Notes: generated by a model not told the origin, from the sequence alone. A stretch of 62,394 nt of DNA from an uncultured Spirosoma sp. (GCA_964244155.1 CAXTJJ010000001.1:1-62394), one strand, 5' to 3'; counted from the first letter of the stretch, positions 41,167 through 56,543 are shown. Program-made: numbers and translations.

Positions 41167-41235
41167 ATCTCGTAAATCGCTCCCATTCGAGATGTGTAGG
41201 ATTCACGTGCCCGTAAATGGGCGTTTCTGGGACAT
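41167..41235. repeat. res-like site family B, copy 2
   Basis: ATCTCG-N15-CGAGAT, then AAATGGGCGTTT at 41215-41226. Confidence 0.5.
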
Positions 41236-41244
41236 TACCTCCTC

Positions 41245-43389
41245 TTAGTTTAACGTTGGTAATTGGAGCACAAACTGAGTTCCTTCACCTTCCTGGCTAT
41301 AGACTATCAATGAGCCCTGATGGCCCTTAGTTATTATATCATGCGCGAGTGACAAACCTAAACCAGTGCCTTCGCCGGTGGGCTTGGTGGTGAAGAAAGG
41401 GTGGAAGATCTTGGCTTTGACTGATTCGGCAATACCCGTCCCATTGTCACCAACTCGAATCTCAACCTGGCCATTCACTCGAGTGGTACTAACCATTACC
41501 GTAGGCTGGTAATCGGCGGAAGCTGTTTTCTGCTTTTGTTGCACAGCGTAGAAGGCGTTGTTGTACAGATTTAACAACACTCGCCCAATCTCCTGAGGCA
41601 CCACCTCGGTGAGCCCTAACTCCGTTCCAAAATTCGTTTTTAGCTCGGCAGTGAAGCTGTTGTCTTTGGCGCGCAACCCCTGATAAGCTATGTTGAGATA
41701 GTCATCGGCCAGCGCATTCAGGTCAGTAAGCCGTTTCTCCCCGGTCTCCGTGCGCGAGTGCTCCAACATCCCTTTGACAATGGCGGAGGCTCTGCCGCCG
41801 TGATGAGTAATCTTTTGTAGGTTTTGGGTCAAATCGTCCAACAACTCACTAATGAGTTCAGCGTCTCGTTCCGGATTGATTTCTTCTTGTTTCAACTCGC
41901 TGACCAATTCCGTACTTACTTCCGCGAAGTTGTTGACGAAGTTCAGCGGGTTCTGAATCTCGTGAGCAATGCCAGCGGTCAGTTCACCCAGGCTGGCCAG
42001 TTTTTCTTTCTGAACCAGTTGAGCCTGGGTCGATTTGAGATCAGTGAGTGATTGGTTCAGTTCCGCCGTTCGGGCTCCGACTTGTTGTTCCAAGCGTTCA
42101 TTTTGGCTGGCTAATAAGTGGCGCTTCTCCTCTGTTACTTGTAGAACCGCCCTTGCTTTCTCTTGCACCTCAGCCACTATCTCGCTGAAGCGAAGAACAA
42201 TATAGACCAGTAGCGAAACAGGCAACGATAAAACAAGGCCGGTTGTCAAGCCGTAATAAGAAGCAGAGGAAGGCAGTTGAGGAATAAATATGAACAGTAA
42301 AAAAAAGGCTATCGTCATCAGCGCCCCCGTCACAACGGCCCACTGGCCTCCTTTAAGCTTCTTCCAGGAGAGACTCAGTACGTAGAGAAAAAGCAGGGCT
42401 TGTAAACTCATGGCCAGTACCGTAGCCCACGCCCATCCCAATAAGACGTCCAACGTAATTGCCAGCAGCGATAGGCCGATAAGCATGCCATTAAAGAGCC
42501 ATGAAGACGCAAAACCTAGTATCCGAACTAAGGCGATAATCAGCAGGGGAATCGAACTTCCTAAGAAGATATTGCCCACATAAACGCCGATGAATGCGCT
42601 GCGATAGGACAGGGGGAACAGTAACAGAAAAGGCAATACATTCGCGACCGCTTGGCAGATGGCCCAAAGAGCTAGTGTGCGAATGAGTTGTTTTTCGTAC
42701 AGATTCAACAGCGATAGTAAGCCAAACAGCAGGGTCAGCAGTAGCGTAACCACTAACCAGAGGGTGGCAAAAATGGTCTCGGTAGTGGCTTTTTCGGGAA
42801 AGGACTGGATAAACTGAGGGCCTACTAAATGGAGTAAGCGTAAATTGCCCTGATTGAAATCAGCTTTTAGTTGGTGAGCCGAAAAAGGGGATACCTCATC
42901 GACGATATGCAAGGCGATGAGGTAGTTTTGGCCGGGTACTAGCTTGACCAGGGTTGGATAAGCCCGGATGGTCGTGTATTCAGCATACGGCTTTTGGTGC
43001 AGTCCCGTTTGACCAAACGAAGCCAGCCACTGGCCATTTACGTACAAGTCAGCCGCTGCCCGGTTACCCTTCAGGAAAGCGACGGGCAGGCCGTTGAAGG
43101 AGGAGTCCAGCCTGAGTCTGAGCCGAAACCAGCCTTCGACCCGGCCCATTTTAGTCGCATCGTTTACCGACAGATCGCTGGGTTTACGTTTTTGCCAGCC
43201 CACAGTGCTCAAGGTTGAATCCGCCCCGTTAGGCGCAGGCCCTGGCTGATACACCCACCCCGGCAGGGTGGCTAAACTAATTATTTGTCCAGGGCTGAAC
43301 ATGCCTGTGTTCAGCACCAGCGTAGTATCCTGGGCTAGTGCCTGGATCAAACTTATTACCAACAGAGCACTAGTGAGTATGGCTTTCAT
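41245..43389 (-). CDS. 7TM-sensor histidine kinase (HisKA, NtrB-like)
   Basis: Signal peptide, GWFRLRL beta-sandwich sensor, about 7 TM, AGIAHEIQNPLNFV, GTGLGLS; start reassigned to 43389. Confidence 0.92.
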   Translation of the reverse strand: MKAILTSALLVISLIQALAQDTTLVLNTGMFSPGQIISLATLPGWVYQPGPAPNGADSTLSTVGWQKRKPSDLSVNDATKMGRVEGWFRLRLRLDSSFNGLPVAFLKGNRAAADLYVNGQWLASFGQTGLHQKPYAEYTTIRAYPTLVKLVPGQNYLIALHIVDEVSPFSAHQLKADFNQGNLRLLHLVGPQFIQSFPEKATTETIFATLWLVVTLLLTLLFGLLSLLNLYEKQLIRTLALWAICQAVANVLPFLLLFPLSYRSAFIGVYVGNIFLGSSIPLLIIALVRILGFASSWLFNGMLIGLSLLAITLDVLLGWAWATVLAMSLQALLFLYVLSLSWKKLKGGQWAVVTGALMTIAFFLLFIFIPQLPSSASYYGLTTGLVLSLPVSLLVYIVLRFSEIVAEVQEKARAVLQVTEEKRHLLASQNERLEQQVGARTAELNQSLTDLKSTQAQLVQKEKLASLGELTAGIAHEIQNPLNFVNNFAEVSTELVSELKQEEINPERDAELISELLDDLTQNLQKITHHGGRASAIVKGMLEHSRTETGEKRLTDLNALADDYLNIAYQGLRAKDNSFTAELKTNFGTELGLTEVVPQEIGRVLLNLYNNAFYAVQQKQKTASADYQPTVMVSTTRVNGQVEIRVGDNGTGIAESVKAKIFHPFFTTKPTGEGTGLGLSLAHDIITKGHQGSLIVYSQEGEGTQFVLQLPTLN

Positions 43390-45541
43390 AAGTATTTGTT
43401 GATAATTCGGCAGGTAATAAGATGGTAAAGGTTGTCCCATTACCTTCCTGACTTTCCAGGGTAAGTGTTCCTCCATGCCCTTTGGTAACAATATCATAGC
43501 TCAGCGACAAGCCCAATCCTGTCCCTTCTCCCGTTGGCTTAGTGGTGAAAAAGGGTTGAAAGATTTTGGCCTTCACTGAGTCAGATATACCCGTGCCATT
43601 ATCCTCTACTCGGATCACCACCTGCCCTTCTTTGCGCTGGGTACTGACCTGAACCGTAGGTCGGTAATCAGCAACATCACGTTGCTTTCCTCGTTCCAAA
43701 ACGGCATAAAAGGCGTTGTTCAATAGATTGAGTAGTACGCGTCCTAGTTCCTGGGGGATGAGAGTTACCTGACCAACGCTGGAATCAAAATGGGTGGTTA
43801 CTTCACAGGTGAAATCCTTATCCTTTGCCCGCCAGCCGTGGTAGGCTAAGCGCAAATATTCATCGACCAGCGCGTTGAGATTAGTGGATTGTACATCGCC
43901 AGTAGACGTTCGGGAGTGCTCTAACATGCCTTTGACAATGGCGGAGGCTCTGCCGCCGTGGTGGTGGATCTTGTGCAGGTTCTGCCGCAAGTCGCCCGCG
44001 ATGGCTTTTACTTCATCCATATCGCCTTTGTTCAGTTCCAGTTCCAAGTCATCGACCAGTTCCGCGCTCACCTCTGAGAAGTTATTGACAAAGTTCAAGG
44101 GGTTCTGAATCTCGTGGGCAATCCCCGCCGTTAGCTCGCCCAGACTGGCCAGCTTCTCTTTCTGGATGAGCTGGGCTTGGGAGGCTTTCAGTTCAACCGT
44201 ACGAGCTTCGACTTGTTGTTCGAGTCGTTCATTCTGGGTGGCCAGTAATTGTTGCTTTTCCGCCTGTTGATCCAAGTTTTGTTGAGACAGCGCCCTTAAT
44301 TCCCTGACTTGCTGCGATAGCAACCGATTGGTAGCCGCTCGCTCTTGCGTCAACAAAAGAGAAACGATCAGGGCTAAACTCAGGTTACCCAGCGTCAATA
44401 AAGTAAGGCCATACGTGGTGAAAAAACCACTAAAAACGGGCGTAAATAACGAAGTGACATACACTATGTACACCATTAAAAAAAAGCTATGAATCACCGT
44501 AAATGGCTTAGATCCAACTTTTTGTTGTCGAATGGCGGCCAATCCAACCCCTAAAATGACCAGACTCGGTAGGATAATCCCGAGCACAAAGGCCGGCAGT
44601 GGCAAATGGGGTGAAACAGTAAAAAAAGTCAGCGGGATTGCGGACAACGTCGAGGTAGCGGCTAGCCAAAATAATCCCCGTCTGGGTTGGCCGAAATGTT
44701 GATAAATACCCAATAGGTACCAAAAAAAGGAAGGGAAGACACTTAGACAAAAGAGTACGGCTTGCCAATCCAGCGATAAGGCCGTAGCGCTAAAGCCTAA
44801 CAGCGGCTCAAAATACTGCGACGTCACTTGAGCAATGCCCTGTAAAATTAAAAACAGGCCCAAGCTTAGGGCCGCGGGCTGTTGAGTGGAAACCCGGTAG
44901 AGCAACAATTGTAATAGCCCAAGGATTAAAAAGAAACCTGCTGAAAAAAATCCGAAAAGATTCCAGGCTTCTTCACCGGCCCTATTCTCATGTACTTCCA
45001 ACAATACCAGTCTACCGTCTAGGAAAGAAAATGGGTAATCTAAAACTCGTTCCCTAGTAAAGGCATAGCGTATGGCTAATAGCTGTACCGAGTCGGTGTC
45101 GAGCGGCAGGAAAGATATGAAATCATAGACCGCCCCCCGGACGATTTGCTTTTGAGGCCCAATCATTCCTCGTCGAGCGACTAACCGGCCGTTCAAAAAG
45201 AATTCGCTGGCCCCACTCTGTTGAATCGATAAGCCGAGCGGTTTATTGCGTACCTGCGGGCTCAACGATAGCCGAATCCGCAACCAGCCGATGCCTTGCG
45301 GGGGGAGTGTAGCTAGAAGAGCTACGTCCTGGTTGGGGTTAAGTGTGTCCCAGCGAGCATCGTCCAGGTCGGCTCTAGCCCAGGCTGGATTATCCCCCAA
45401 GTGCCATTTCCAGGCTTTATCTAATAATAGCCCTTGTTGGGGTAGGCTGTCGATTCGAACAACGGTTTGCGCCCAGGAAGGGGATAAGCCCAACCAGACT
45501 ACTAAACTGGTTAATAGGTGAGGGAGGCAAAGTCGAGGCAT
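43370..45541 (-). CDS. 7TM-sensor histidine kinase (HisKA, NtrB-like)
   Basis: WKWHLGDNPAWA sensor, about 7 TM, AGIAHEIQNPLNFV, FFTTKPTGEGTGLGLS. Confidence 0.92.
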   Translation of the reverse strand: MPRLCLPHLLTSLVVWLGLSPSWAQTVVRIDSLPQQGLLLDKAWKWHLGDNPAWARADLDDARWDTLNPNQDVALLATLPPQGIGWLRIRLSLSPQVRNKPLGLSIQQSGASEFFLNGRLVARRGMIGPQKQIVRGAVYDFISFLPLDTDSVQLLAIRYAFTRERVLDYPFSFLDGRLVLLEVHENRAGEEAWNLFGFFSAGFFLILGLLQLLLYRVSTQQPAALSLGLFLILQGIAQVTSQYFEPLLGFSATALSLDWQAVLFCLSVFPSFFWYLLGIYQHFGQPRRGLFWLAATSTLSAIPLTFFTVSPHLPLPAFVLGIILPSLVILGVGLAAIRQQKVGSKPFTVIHSFFLMVYIVYVTSLFTPVFSGFFTTYGLTLLTLGNLSLALIVSLLLTQERAATNRLLSQQVRELRALSQQNLDQQAEKQQLLATQNERLEQQVEARTVELKASQAQLIQKEKLASLGELTAGIAHEIQNPLNFVNNFSEVSAELVDDLELELNKGDMDEVKAIAGDLRQNLHKIHHHGGRASAIVKGMLEHSRTSTGDVQSTNLNALVDEYLRLAYHGWRAKDKDFTCEVTTHFDSSVGQVTLIPQELGRVLLNLLNNAFYAVLERGKQRDVADYRPTVQVSTQRKEGQVVIRVEDNGTGISDSVKAKIFQPFFTTKPTGEGTGLGLSLSYDIVTKGHGGTLTLESQEGNGTTFTILLPAELSTNTYESHTH

Positions 45542-46003
45542 GAGGAAGGATAGTATCGAGGCAATATATTCAATATCAGATCAAAACGGAAAATGCCGCT
45601 TTTATTTATGTCATAATCAATAGCATCGATATAAACTGGTAGCCTTAAAGTCTTTTTAACCTATTACGTCTATTGTATCAGCCCGTATCTGCTTATGCTT
45701 AAGAAAGGCTGATTTCATAGTACCGATTAAGGAGGGGAAAAACTAGGTAAGGAGTACGAATGAATAGCTTGGCCTGATTCCACTTTGGGTAAGACGGAAC
45801 AGGATTTGCTGCTAACAGGAAGAGATGAACCATCCAGGAAAAAATGGGACAACTAAGTACAACGTGGGCGCTGGTGGTTACCCAACCGATTGCCCCGATC
45901 AGCAGAAGTATAACTGTGTTAATGAATCGAACACGTTTCATTGATTGTTAAGTTGTTCCTGTTTGACTACTCTTTTATTTGTCCAGTTTGAGTGGACTCA
46001 TCG

Positions 46004-46753
46004 TTATAAAGCAGAAAACCAGTCCGTTACGGCTCGCCACCAGCGCCAGTCACTCACCAGGCTCATCGTCATACTTAAAAAGACAAACAGGCCTAACGCT
46101 AGTAAATAAGGTCGACGAATGGAACCATAGCGCCGATCATCCAGCAATAAAAGCAGTAAGATCAATTCGATGACGACTAAACTGCCATGAAGTGATTGGG
46201 CAATACTGTCAAAGCCCGGAACAAAAAAGAAAAAGATCCGAAACAGGGCAGCCGGCAGAATAACCAGTACCGTACAAACGATATAACGGGCATGCAAGGC
46301 CACTCGTTTACCGTGCCAAACACTCAGTCCCAAGAAGGCCACAAACATGACTAATAGAATCAGATCGTAATAGATCGATTGATAAATTACCGGGAAAAGT
46401 TCACTCGTCTGGGGCCGTTTGGATGTGGGGGCTTGGAGGATCTGGTGCATCATTTTAAGCCCGCCCAGCACCAGCATGGGAGCGAGTACCAGAACGCCTA
46501 GCCACCCCAGTCGACGATGCAGTCTGAGTTGGCCCCGCAAGTAGAGAATAGGTTGGATAACCAGTAAGGTCATCCATAAACCGGCGGAGGCTCCGTGGAG
46601 ATGGTGGAAGATATTGACCTCGGTTAACCGGGTAAAGTAGCTCAGGGAAAAGCCCACCCAGGTCACCAGAATAGCCAGGGCGAAGTACCAGGGCGCGTTG
46701 GGGTAGAGACGTGCTTTCCGGATTGACGTAGACGTAGTAGTCGTTGGAATCAT
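46004..46753 (-). CDS. polytopic membrane protein with conserved His residues
   Basis: HHLHG, LHRRLG, LHARY; about 7 TM segments. Confidence 0.75.
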   Translation of the reverse strand: MIPTTTTSTSIRKARLYPNAPWYFALAILVTWVGFSLSYFTRLTEVNIFHHLHGASAGLWMTLLVIQPILYLRGQLRLHRRLGWLGVLVLAPMLVLGGLKMMHQILQAPTSKRPQTSELFPVIYQSIYYDLILLVMFVAFLGLSVWHGKRVALHARYIVCTVLVILPAALFRIFFFFVPGFDSIAQSLHGSLVVIELILLLLLLDDRRYGSIRRPYLLALGLFVFLSMTMSLVSDWRWWRAVTDWFSAL

Positions 46754-46959
46754 AGTAAGTTTGGTGATTAAGAACCAGCTTGAAAATAAAGTAAGCCCCG
46801 ACTCCGCCTAGCTGTAGTCAATACGCTTTGTTTTTGAGCGATCATTGTATGGTGATTTAGGGAACGTTAAAATGGAAGCGCCGAAAGGCCATAAAAACTG
46901 TTATAAATAACTGTTAAAGAGTATGTTATTTTCTGATGCAGCGAACATGCGGTTGCGCA

Positions 46960-47116
46960 GGCAGCTCAATCGAGTCAGCCCAAAATCGGCTTCCCGTCGT
47001 TCATCAATGTCGGCTCGGTGAACTACCACTGCTAATAGTAAACCCAACGTGTCGACCAGTAAATGGCATTTCTGTCCTTTCATCGCCTTGGTTATATCAT
47101 CACCTCGTTGGCCGCC
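46960..47116 (-). mobile_element. IS5-family transposase fragment
   Basis: GGQRGDD..KAMKGQKCHLLVDTLGLLLAVVVHRADIDER matches the IS5 consensus GYD..KK.KGRKRH..VDT.GL.L.V.VH.A...D. Confidence 0.8.
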
Positions 47117-47118
47117 AA

Positions 47119-48903
47119 TTAGTGTTGTTTTGACACTTCGCGAGCAGAGAATTGCTTTGCACGCAGTACCAGCGGTCCCTTAGGTCGTATTTTATCGCTT
47201 TTGGCCTTGACTCTGTGTTTCCACCCCGGTCCCCATAAGGGCCGACCTGGTAAAGCTCCTGTATGTTCCCCATTAGTTAGTACTTGCTTGCCATTAATCC
47301 AGACGTGTTGAACCCCAACGGCATACTGAAATGGATTCTCAAACGTAGCTTTGTCAGCAATGATGGCTGGGTCGAAAATGACTACGTCGGCAAAGTAGCC
47401 AGGTTTTAAGTAGCCCCGGTTGGTCAGCTTATGGTGGGTAGCGGGTAAACTTGTTAGTCGCCGGATGGCTTCTTGGAGGGAGATGACTTTTTCGTCCCGA
47501 ACGTACTTACCCAATAACCGGGCAAAGTTACCAAAGGCGCGGGGATGAGGAATACCATACTGTTTATCTTCCTCCCTCATTGACCACAGATCGGAGCCAA
47601 AGCTTACCCAGGGCTGGCGAATCTGTTTTTTGATATTCTCTTCCGACATTTGGAAAAACACTGCCTCCACTCGCGTTTTGTCCTCTACAATCAGATCCAT
47701 GACAGTCTCGTAGGCGTCTTTCCCCCGCATAGTAGCTACCTGTTCTAGCGTTTTTCCTTCGTATTTTTTCAATGAATCTTGGCTAAAACTCATCAGCAGG
47801 ATGTTCTTGGGCGAACCCGATAAGGCAAACATATTTTCCCAAGGCTGAGTAGGCTGACGTACTTCCTGACGAATTTTGCGCCGTTCTTCGGGCACCTGCA
47901 ACCGCTTCCAGCCAGCCATGAAACCGCCATTAAACAGATAGGGTGGCAGACAGGTTGTTAATCCCGTCATACCTGCGGTGTAGGTATACATATCAGCCGT
48001 TACATCCTGACCTTGTTGGCGGGCTGTGTTGATAAGCGCAATGGCTTTGTCCATTTTAGGCCAATTACGCACCCCACCGGCTTTTAAATGGTAAACCTCA
48101 ACGGGTAAGTTCGCTTCTTTGCCAATACGAATTAACTCCTGAATACCTTCTTCCAATCGATCACCTTCGCTGCGCATATGAACGATATAACGACCCTTAT
48201 AGCGGGCGGTTTCCCGGCAAAGGGCGATTAACTCGTCCGTGTTGGCAAAACTGTTTGGGGGATAAATCAGCGCCGTTGTTAGGCCTAAAGCCCCACCTTC
48301 CATCGCTTCCCGAACCAGCGCCTGCATTTGAGCTAACTGGCTAGGCGTTGGTGTCACGTCGTTTTCACCTAGAATATTCTCCCGAATTATACCCGCTCCG
48401 ACATACGCAGCCACGTTAGGGGTGATGCCTTTGCGTTCCAGCTTAATCATAAACTGGTCCATAGTTGTCCAGTCACAGGTATCCCCTACTGCTTTCATGT
48501 ACTGATTGAATACTTGGCGTAAGGCTTCCGTTTTGATTGGACCCCAAGAGCCTTCTCCAAATATTTCAGTGGTTACGCCCTGTTTTACATCACTCATGGA
48601 TCGGCCATCACGGAGTAAAAAATCACCTGCGTGGGACAGAGCATTAATAAAACCCGGTGCCACGGCCATGCCGTTAGCGTTGATAACCGTAGCGGCTTTG
48701 GAGTAGGGTAGTTTGCCAACGGCCACGATTCGGTCAGCGCGGATAGCTACATCGCCCCGATAGGGTTTCTGACCGGACCCATCGTAAATTAAGCCGTTGC
48801 GAATGACTATGTCATAGGGGGTTGAACGAAGGCGTTGAGCCAAGCTGCTTAGCGAGCAACTGCAACTAATCCAGATTATAGCAAGTGTAGAGAATAGGTT
48901 CAT
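47119..48903 (-). CDS. exported N-acyl-D-amino-acid deacylase (D-aminoacylase), amidohydrolase fold
   Basis: IRNGLIYDGSG, APGFINALSH, HMRSEG, YHLK, FGSD, HPRAFGNF. Confidence 0.9.
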   Translation of the reverse strand: MNLFSTLAIIWISCSCSLSSLAQRLRSTPYDIVIRNGLIYDGSGQKPYRGDVAIRADRIVAVGKLPYSKAATVINANGMAVAPGFINALSHAGDFLLRDGRSMSDVKQGVTTEIFGEGSWGPIKTEALRQVFNQYMKAVGDTCDWTTMDQFMIKLERKGITPNVAAYVGAGIIRENILGENDVTPTPSQLAQMQALVREAMEGGALGLTTALIYPPNSFANTDELIALCRETARYKGRYIVHMRSEGDRLEEGIQELIRIGKEANLPVEVYHLKAGGVRNWPKMDKAIALINTARQQGQDVTADMYTYTAGMTGLTTCLPPYLFNGGFMAGWKRLQVPEERRKIRQEVRQPTQPWENMFALSGSPKNILLMSFSQDSLKKYEGKTLEQVATMRGKDAYETVMDLIVEDKTRVEAVFFQMSEENIKKQIRQPWVSFGSDLWSMREEDKQYGIPHPRAFGNFARLLGKYVRDEKVISLQEAIRRLTSLPATHHKLTNRGYLKPGYFADVVIFDPAIIADKATFENPFQYAVGVQHVWINGKQVLTNGEHTGALPGRPLWGPGWKHRVKAKSDKIRPKGPLVLRAKQFSAREVSKQH

Positions 48904-49143
48904 AGAAAAAGGGAAAGGAGTGAAACGTATTAAACGGACAAAATACGACGTAAGGGACGAAAAATCGGGGCGGCAGCAGCGGCTGACCGTCCGTGCCGTA
49001 CCTTTCCGCAGAACTACCCCAGTTAGGAATAACTATGGCATGATGTTTAATACACAAAAGGAACAGTGCGTGGGTAATAGCCCCGTTGCTTAAGTATATT
49101 AGCCTAAGCAGGATGAGACTAGACATAAAAAAGCTTGACGCAT

Positions 49144-49210
49144 CAAAAGTAGCCTGTCCGGCTTGGCCGGCCCTCTAGTAATTGGCCAACTTTCTTCGAT
49201 TTTGAGTCAT
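49144..49210 (-). promoter_or_regulatory. promoter with putative HTCS (AraC) box
   Basis: TTGGCC starts 38 bp upstream of TACTTTTG, the same geometry as 53766-53832. Confidence 0.5.
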
Positions 49211-49364
49211 CATAGCCCAATAGAGCCAACGATAGGGTTATTGGCTAAAACACAAGCCGGCCAAGACATATATCTGACGACCCAATTCGTGCCAGAAAAA
49301 TTAGTCTGCGTTAAACTAACGTCGTGGTGTAGTTTCGTTAAATGGGCCGTTTGCATCACGGCCG

Positions 49365-53600
<4,236 letters not shown>

Positions 53601-53765
53601 CTAAAAGAGGAAGCAACAATATGGTAATCAGCCGTTAAAGCTAAAAAAAATAGGGTCGAATCAGCGCCTGCCTACGCTAGCGTGACATTAAAAAACAGTT
53701 AAATGGCGTAATCCGGAGCATTCTTTTTTGCCCAGCGCCCCGCTTTTTCTTCGACTATAAACTAG

Positions 53766-53832
53766 TTGGCCGAAAAACAAAGGTGATTGGCCTAAAAATG
53801 AACGTGTGATATGGCCCAGCCCATTACTTTTG
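53766..53832 (+). promoter_or_regulatory. promoter with tandem HTCS (AraC) boxes
   Basis: TTGGCCGAAAAA and TTGGCCTAAAAA are 21 bp apart, followed by TACTTTTG at 53825. Confidence 0.6.
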
Positions 53833-54179
53833 AGCGCTTCAGCGAATTGACTTTTCTTAGATACCGCTGGTTAGCCGTACCTCCCGGCGTTGTTGTGATG
53901 CTCCATTCCGGCTCTATCTTCCTAGTTGGTAAACCTAAAAAAAGTGATGGCACCGGCCCTGCGCAGAGCAGCCGGTGCCATCACTTGGAGAAAAAGTCCG
54001 CTCCGCTTCGGCGGTCCGACGGTGACCCGGTTGCGATTGACGTATGAACAGAATGACTTTGCCAAGACAAGGATTGTATCCATCTATTTAAACGGGCATT
54101 TCAAGAGACAGATAAGCCTGAGGCCTTCAAAAATGGGCCTGTTTAGTATATTTTTGAATCATCTCTTTCTCATCTTTTC

Positions 54180-55577
54180 ATGAAACAGCGTTATACCCTC
54201 TACTTTATTGGCTGGCTTGCCACCTCGATGAGTGCTTGGGCCCAGCCCGCCAGCAACTCCCCACGCTTCACCCAGTTTGATCAGCTGTTAACCCAACAGT
54301 TCAACGACCAGGGGCCGGGTTGTGCTGCCTTGGTCGCCAAGAAGGGCCAAATCATCTATCAAAAAGCCCTGGGTATGGCCAATCTGGAATTAGCCGTTCC
54401 TATGCAGACTGATAAAGTCTTTCGCATCGGGTCAATGACGAAGCAGTTCACCGCCATTGCCATCCTGCAACTCATGGAGCAGGGCAAACTCTCGCTCCAG
54501 GACGAAATCACTCGCTTTATCCCCGACTACCCCACCCAAGGCAAGACGATTACCCTTGAACATTTGCTCACGCATACCTCGGGCATTAAGAGCTATACGA
54601 ACATGAAAGAGTTTGGCACCATTGACAAACAGGATCTAACGCCTCCCCAACTGATTGACTTCTTCAAGAATCAGCCCCTGGTCTTTGAGCCGGGTACTCA
54701 ATGGTCCTACAACAATTCAGGCTATTTTTTATTGGGCTACATCATTGAAAAAGTGACCGGCAAAACCTATGCCCAATACCTGGTTGATGCCTTTTTTAAA
54801 CCCCTGGGCATGAACCACTCCTATTATGGTAGTAATGCGCAACTGATCCAAAACCGAGCCGCTGGCTATCAAGGGGGTAAAGACGGAACCGAGAACGCCG
54901 ATTATCTGAGTATGAGCTTACCCTACGCGGCCGGGTCCATTGAATCCACCATCGGCGATTTATGGATCTGGCATCAGGCCCTACACCGCTATAAGCTGGT
55001 CAAGAAAGCGACGCTGGACCGGGCGTTTACCAATTATAAACTCAAGAATGGTCAGCCCACCAACTATAGCTACGGGTGGTTTTTAAACACGATTGGGGGG
55101 AGTCCAACGATTGAGCATGGGGGGGCGATTAACGGTTTTTTAACCAATGGTATTTATTTGCCCCAGGAAGATGTTTTAGTCCTTGTGTTTTCGAACAGTA
55201 CCCAGAACTCGCCGGATGGAGTGGCTGAAGTAATGGCCGCTGCGGCAATCGGTAAGTATAAAGATGCCGCTGAGTTGGTCATGAATCCTGCCCTCCTTCA
55301 AGCTTACGAAGGCACCTATGAAGGCACTTACGAAGGTCAAGCCGTCGGGTCCAGCGTGATCACCTTGACCAACAATCAACTGTATTGGCAACCAGCCGGT
55401 GGAAAACGGATCAGGTTGAAGCCGACCCAATCCGACACGTTCGTGCTGGCGAACTCGTTAGACACGCTTTCGTTTGTGCGCAACGGGGCGGGTCAACTCG
55501 ACTACATTCTCTATCAGAATCGATTGCGAACTATCACCTGGAAGAAAGCGACTAGACCCGTGTCTAGTGACAAATGA
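54180..55577 (+). CDS. exported serine hydrolase, beta-lactamase/S12 family with DUF3471-like tail
   Basis: GSMTK (SxxK), LLTHTSG, YNN, HGG. Confidence 0.92.
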   Translation: MKQRYTLYFIGWLATSMSAWAQPASNSPRFTQFDQLLTQQFNDQGPGCAALVAKKGQIIYQKALGMANLELAVPMQTDKVFRIGSMTKQFTAIAILQLMEQGKLSLQDEITRFIPDYPTQGKTITLEHLLTHTSGIKSYTNMKEFGTIDKQDLTPPQLIDFFKNQPLVFEPGTQWSYNNSGYFLLGYIIEKVTGKTYAQYLVDAFFKPLGMNHSYYGSNAQLIQNRAAGYQGGKDGTENADYLSMSLPYAAGSIESTIGDLWIWHQALHRYKLVKKATLDRAFTNYKLKNGQPTNYSYGWFLNTIGGSPTIEHGGAINGFLTNGIYLPQEDVLVLVFSNSTQNSPDGVAEVMAAAAIGKYKDAAELVMNPALLQAYEGTYEGTYEGQAVGSSVITLTNNQLYWQPAGGKRIRLKPTQSDTFVLANSLDTLSFVRNGAGQLDYILYQNRLRTITWKKATRPVSSDK

Positions 55578-55964
55578 TTGGCGAAATTTGCCAAAAAGGC
55601 CTAAAAAGGGGTACCTAACACATTTGGGGTATATCCGCCACGTGAAGTCAATAATTGACTAATAATTAGGCAGTTATAGGAAATTAACTGTCTGTACTTA
55701 AGGGCAACTTCACCGTTTTGGCTAAATGGCGTTCAAAACGTCTCAATTTCACTCCCAAACACTTCCTCTCGCCGTAGTTTTGTATTTAAGGCTATTTTCT
55801 GCCATAAAAGCATCAAGTTTTTACATGTTTACACGCACCTTAACAGTAAAATTATTGACTACTGTAATCGAACGTTAAATGCATAAAATTTCGCATAAGT
55901 ACTTCGATCAAAGACAGTTAAGCACGTTACGTGGCGAACAAGGCGGTTTTGTGTTAACTACCCC

Positions 55965-56543
55965 TTGACTACGTATCAAACGTGGAAAACCGACACCACG
56001 TCTTCCTATGAATTTGATGAAGAGGCTATCAAACGGCTGGGCGATGAGTACTTTAAGGCGGGTCAGATAGCCCAGGCGCTGGCAGTCTTTCAGATCAACG
56101 TGGCCCAGTTTCCCAAATCGTTTCGCGTTTATGAAAGCTACGGGGAGGCCTTACTGAATAACGGGCAGCAAGAAGCCGCCATTGTCAACTACAAAAAGTC
56201 CCTGGCGATCTACCCCGCCAATACCAGCGCGATAGACACCCTGCCTAAACTAGGCGTTCGTAATCCCGTTCAAGTCGTGCCCGTTGAGGAACGCGTTTTG
56301 GCGAGTTATGTCGGGGTTTATGAGCTAACCCCGACGTTCGCTATGACCATTACGCAAAAAGGCACTCAACTTTTCTCGCAAGCTACTAACCAAGGCATCA
56401 TTGAATTATTTGCGAAATCGGCCACTGAGTTCTACCAAAAGGTGGCCCCTGTTGAAGTCAGTTTTTCGATAAAAGATGGCCGAGTAGATAGATTGCTGGT
56501 CTATCAAAATGGGAGAGAACGACGGTTTAAACGACGCCAGTAA
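55965..56543 (+). pseudogene. C-terminal fragment (TPR + DUF3471-like) of a serine hydrolase
   Basis: LGDEY...ALAVFQINVAQFPKS..VYESYGEA TPR and LASYVGVYEL tail; TTG start, no catalytic domain or signal peptide. Confidence 0.65.
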
